From assembly GCF_963921235.1 (NCBI RefSeq), contig NC_086097.1, positions 32,118,001 to 32,182,000 on the forward strand: DNA of 64,000 nt. The letters are read 5' to 3'. The notes under the pieces were generated by a model that was not told the origin of the DNA, ran no database searches, and saw only the letters and a list, made by a program, of their open reading frames with translations. Of the stretch, positions 61,263-64,000 are shown piece after piece. Each line of letters begins with the position of its first letter. Position 1 is the first letter of the stretch. A program made the translations under genes and the position numbers. Origin of the DNA: Mobula hypostoma. Lineage: Eukaryota.

Positions 61263-62841
61263 TCGTTGTGTATTCTACATCAGAAGAGCAAACTGTTCCC
61301 ATAACGGATGAATGAAACTTTTGATGGGGTTAGTGAGAATGATAATAATGTGGAGTGATTTCAGTCACTGAGCAGTGCTTTAATAAATTAAATTGTCGTC
61401 TCACCAGGTACAATATAATGCGAGCTTCTGTGTTCTGTCCCAGCTCCAGAACACCAATGTGTGGGAGAGGGCGGTGTCTCAGGGTAGCATTCTGAACCCA
61501 ACCACCTTCAGCTGCTCAATCTGTGATCTTCATTCCATCATGAAGTCAGAACAGGGGTGGTCACTGATGTTCATTCCCTCCCCAACGCCTCAACCCCAGG
61601 AACCCCTGATGCCTGCATGTGGCTGGGTACCAGACAACAGTCATAGGAACGTTCCTGTCACCCGATGTCATTCAGTTCTGGCCGCCCGTTATGGGATGGA
61701 TGTCAAAGCATTGGAGAGGGTGCAGAAGAGGTTCACCATGATGCTGCCTGGATTAGAGCACATGCTATGAGGAGAGGTTGGACAGAATAGAGTTGTTTTC
61801 TCTGGAGCATCGGAGACTGAGGGAAGACCTGAAAGAAGTTTGTAAGTAATGAGTGGCAGAGAGTGGATAGTTGCTATCATTTTCTCACAGCAGAAACATA
61901 GAACATAGTATTTAATATTTAATGTGAGAGGCGGAAAGTTCAAAGGAAATGTATGAGGATTTTTTTTTCCCAGCTGGTGACTGGAATGGGCTGCCAGGAT
62001 TGGAACTGGGAGCAAATATGATAGAGGCATTTATGTGGGCAGAGAATGGAGGAACATGGACACTGTGTAGACAGAAGGGACTAGGTGTCCTGACAGAGAG
62101 CCTTGGCCCAAAATGTCAACTGTTTATTCCTCTCTGTAGATGCTGCCTGACCTTCTGAGTTCCTCCAGGACTTTTTGTGCGTTGCTCTGGATTTGAACCT
62201 GCAGAATCTCCTGTGTTTAGAGATTAGATTAGATGACCAACGTGGAAGATAGAACATTACAATACAGGCCCTTTTGCCCATGAGGTTATGTCGACCTTTC
62301 AACCTACTTCAAGATCAAACTAATCATTCCCTCAAACACAACCTTCCATTTTTCTATCACCCGTGTGTCTATATAACAGTTTCTTTAAATGTCTCTAGTA
62401 TACCTGCCTCTACCACCCCAGCAGAGCATTCCACACACCCACCACTCTCTGTATAAAAAACCTAACTCTGACATCCCCTCCAATCACCATCAAATTATAT
62501 CCCCTTGTATTAGCCCATTTCCGCCCGGGGAAAGAATCTGGCTGTCCACACAATCAATGCTTCTTATCATCTTTTACACCTCTATCAAGTCACCTCTTAC
62601 CTTCCTTCCCTCCAACAGAAAAGTCCCAGCTCGTTCAACCTCTCCTCATAAGATATGTTCTCCAGTCCAGGCAGCAGCCCGGTAATTAGTCATTAGTCAT
62701 TATTTTAGTAGGTTACATCGTGGGCCAAAAAACCTGTTCGTGTCCTGCGCTGTTCTACAGTCAGTGTTGTGTGTTCTGGGTCGCCGTTAAGCAGAAACTC
62801 GACCGATGCAGCCATATGGACACCCTGATCTTCCCAGTTAC

Positions 62842-62997
62842 CTGGTGATGCTGTAGTTGTTGTTCTGCTTCCGCAAGAGGCACCAGGCTGCCGCTGTTCA
62901 GCTCCGCCTGCGCCCCATCTAGCCAGTCGCTGATGCGGTGAGCGATCCTCTGCACGGCCATCTCCAACTTTAAGCGCGCATCCTGGTGAACGGTCCC
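62842..62997 (-). CDS. SYNE2: Nesprin exon (GTVHQDARLK...QQLQHHQ), 52 aa
   Basis: Acceptor ttgcttag, donor GTAACT, phase 0/0, 156 nt open. Confidence 0.8.
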
Positions 62998-63464
62998 CTA
63001 AGCAACGGATAAGGATGGTCAGACCTATTCAGTGTGCAGGGGACCCGCAAGGCACGGGCTGGACATCAGCACTCTGCTCTGCCCCTCACTGAGTGAGGGA
63101 GACACTCAGTGCTCAAGGACAGTCCTGGAGCGTCAGGACAAATGAAGGAGAATGCTGCTGTTTGGGAACAGAGTACTAGCAGGGGGCTGGCGGGTTGATA
63201 AGTTGTTAAGTTTCTTAACTTTTCACAAGAGCAAAGACAGATGCATCTGGTGTCTAGGATACAGAGGATAAATCTGAGGGTGTTCTCTCCCCACACTGTC
63301 TCATCACACATTTCTGGGTTTAGACACCAAGTGACGCACCCTCCACACCATCCCATCACACACTCTTGGGGTTAGACATGAAGTGCAACTCCCTTTGCAA
63401 CATCCTATCAAACACTTGGGGGTCAGTCACAGATTGAAGCTCCCTCGAAACTCATGACGTCTCA

Positions 63465-64000
63465 ACACTCTTGAAAGTGGTGTCACAAGTAGATGGGGTA
63501 ATAAAGAGAGCTTTAGGCATATTGGCCTTCATAAATAAAAATACTGAGTACAGGAGCTGGAATATTATGTTGAAGGTGTATGAGGCCTCATTTGGAGTAT
63601 TGTGTGCAGCCTGGTCACCTGTCTACAGGAAAGATGTCAATAAGATTGAAGGAGTTCAGAGAAAATTGACAAGGATATTGCTCAGACTTCAGGACATGAG
63701 TTATAGGGATAGATTGAACAGGTTAGGACTTTATTCTCTGGAGTGTAGGAGAATGAAGGGAGATTTGATAGAGGTATACAAAATTACGAGGGATATAGAT
63801 CGGGTAAATGCAAGCAGGCTTTTTCCACAGTTTTGGTGAGACTCAAACTAGAGGTTGTAGATTTAGGGTGAAAGGTGGAATATTTAAGAGGAACGTGAGG
63901 GGGAGTTTCTTCACTCAGAGGATGGTGAGAGTGTGGAACAAGCTGCCAGTGGAAGTGGTAGATGTAGGTTTGATTACAAAAAGATTTGGATAGGTGCATG
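63465..64000 (+). mobile_element. CR1 3' fragment running off the window
   Basis: KVVSQVDGVIKRALG...MKGDLIEVYKI...TRGCRFRV...VWNKLP. Confidence 0.85.

Overview
Vertebrate genomic DNA, most likely from a cartilaginous fish (shark or ray), inferred from HE1/V-SINE-type SINEs and the CR1, Rex1 and Penelope repeat mix. The minus strand carries 20 internal coding exons (8905-62997, about 1060 aa spliced, all GT-AG and phase-consistent) of a giant spectrin-repeat nesprin (SYNE1/SYNE2 family, closest to nesprin-2 by eye but diverged). Neither terminus is in view. The introns and the first 8 kb are dense with transposable elements: a near-full-length CR1 with an open 1013-aa ORF2, a 5'-inverted L1, Rex1, a decayed hAT-Charlie transposon and MITEs, a Harbinger-type MITE, a solo LTR, SINEs and Penelope-like elements (PLEs). 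The most notable signals are: (i) minimal type I hammerhead ribozyme motifs in the PLE terminal repeats, including tiny TSD-flanked fold-back derivatives, one with its symmetry axis exactly at the predicted cleavage site; (ii) a twin-priming-type L1 inversion; (iii) a six-level transposon nest; and (iv) the uncertain paralog identity and 3' end of the nesprin gene. All calls come from reading the sequence and recalled family motifs; no searches were run.
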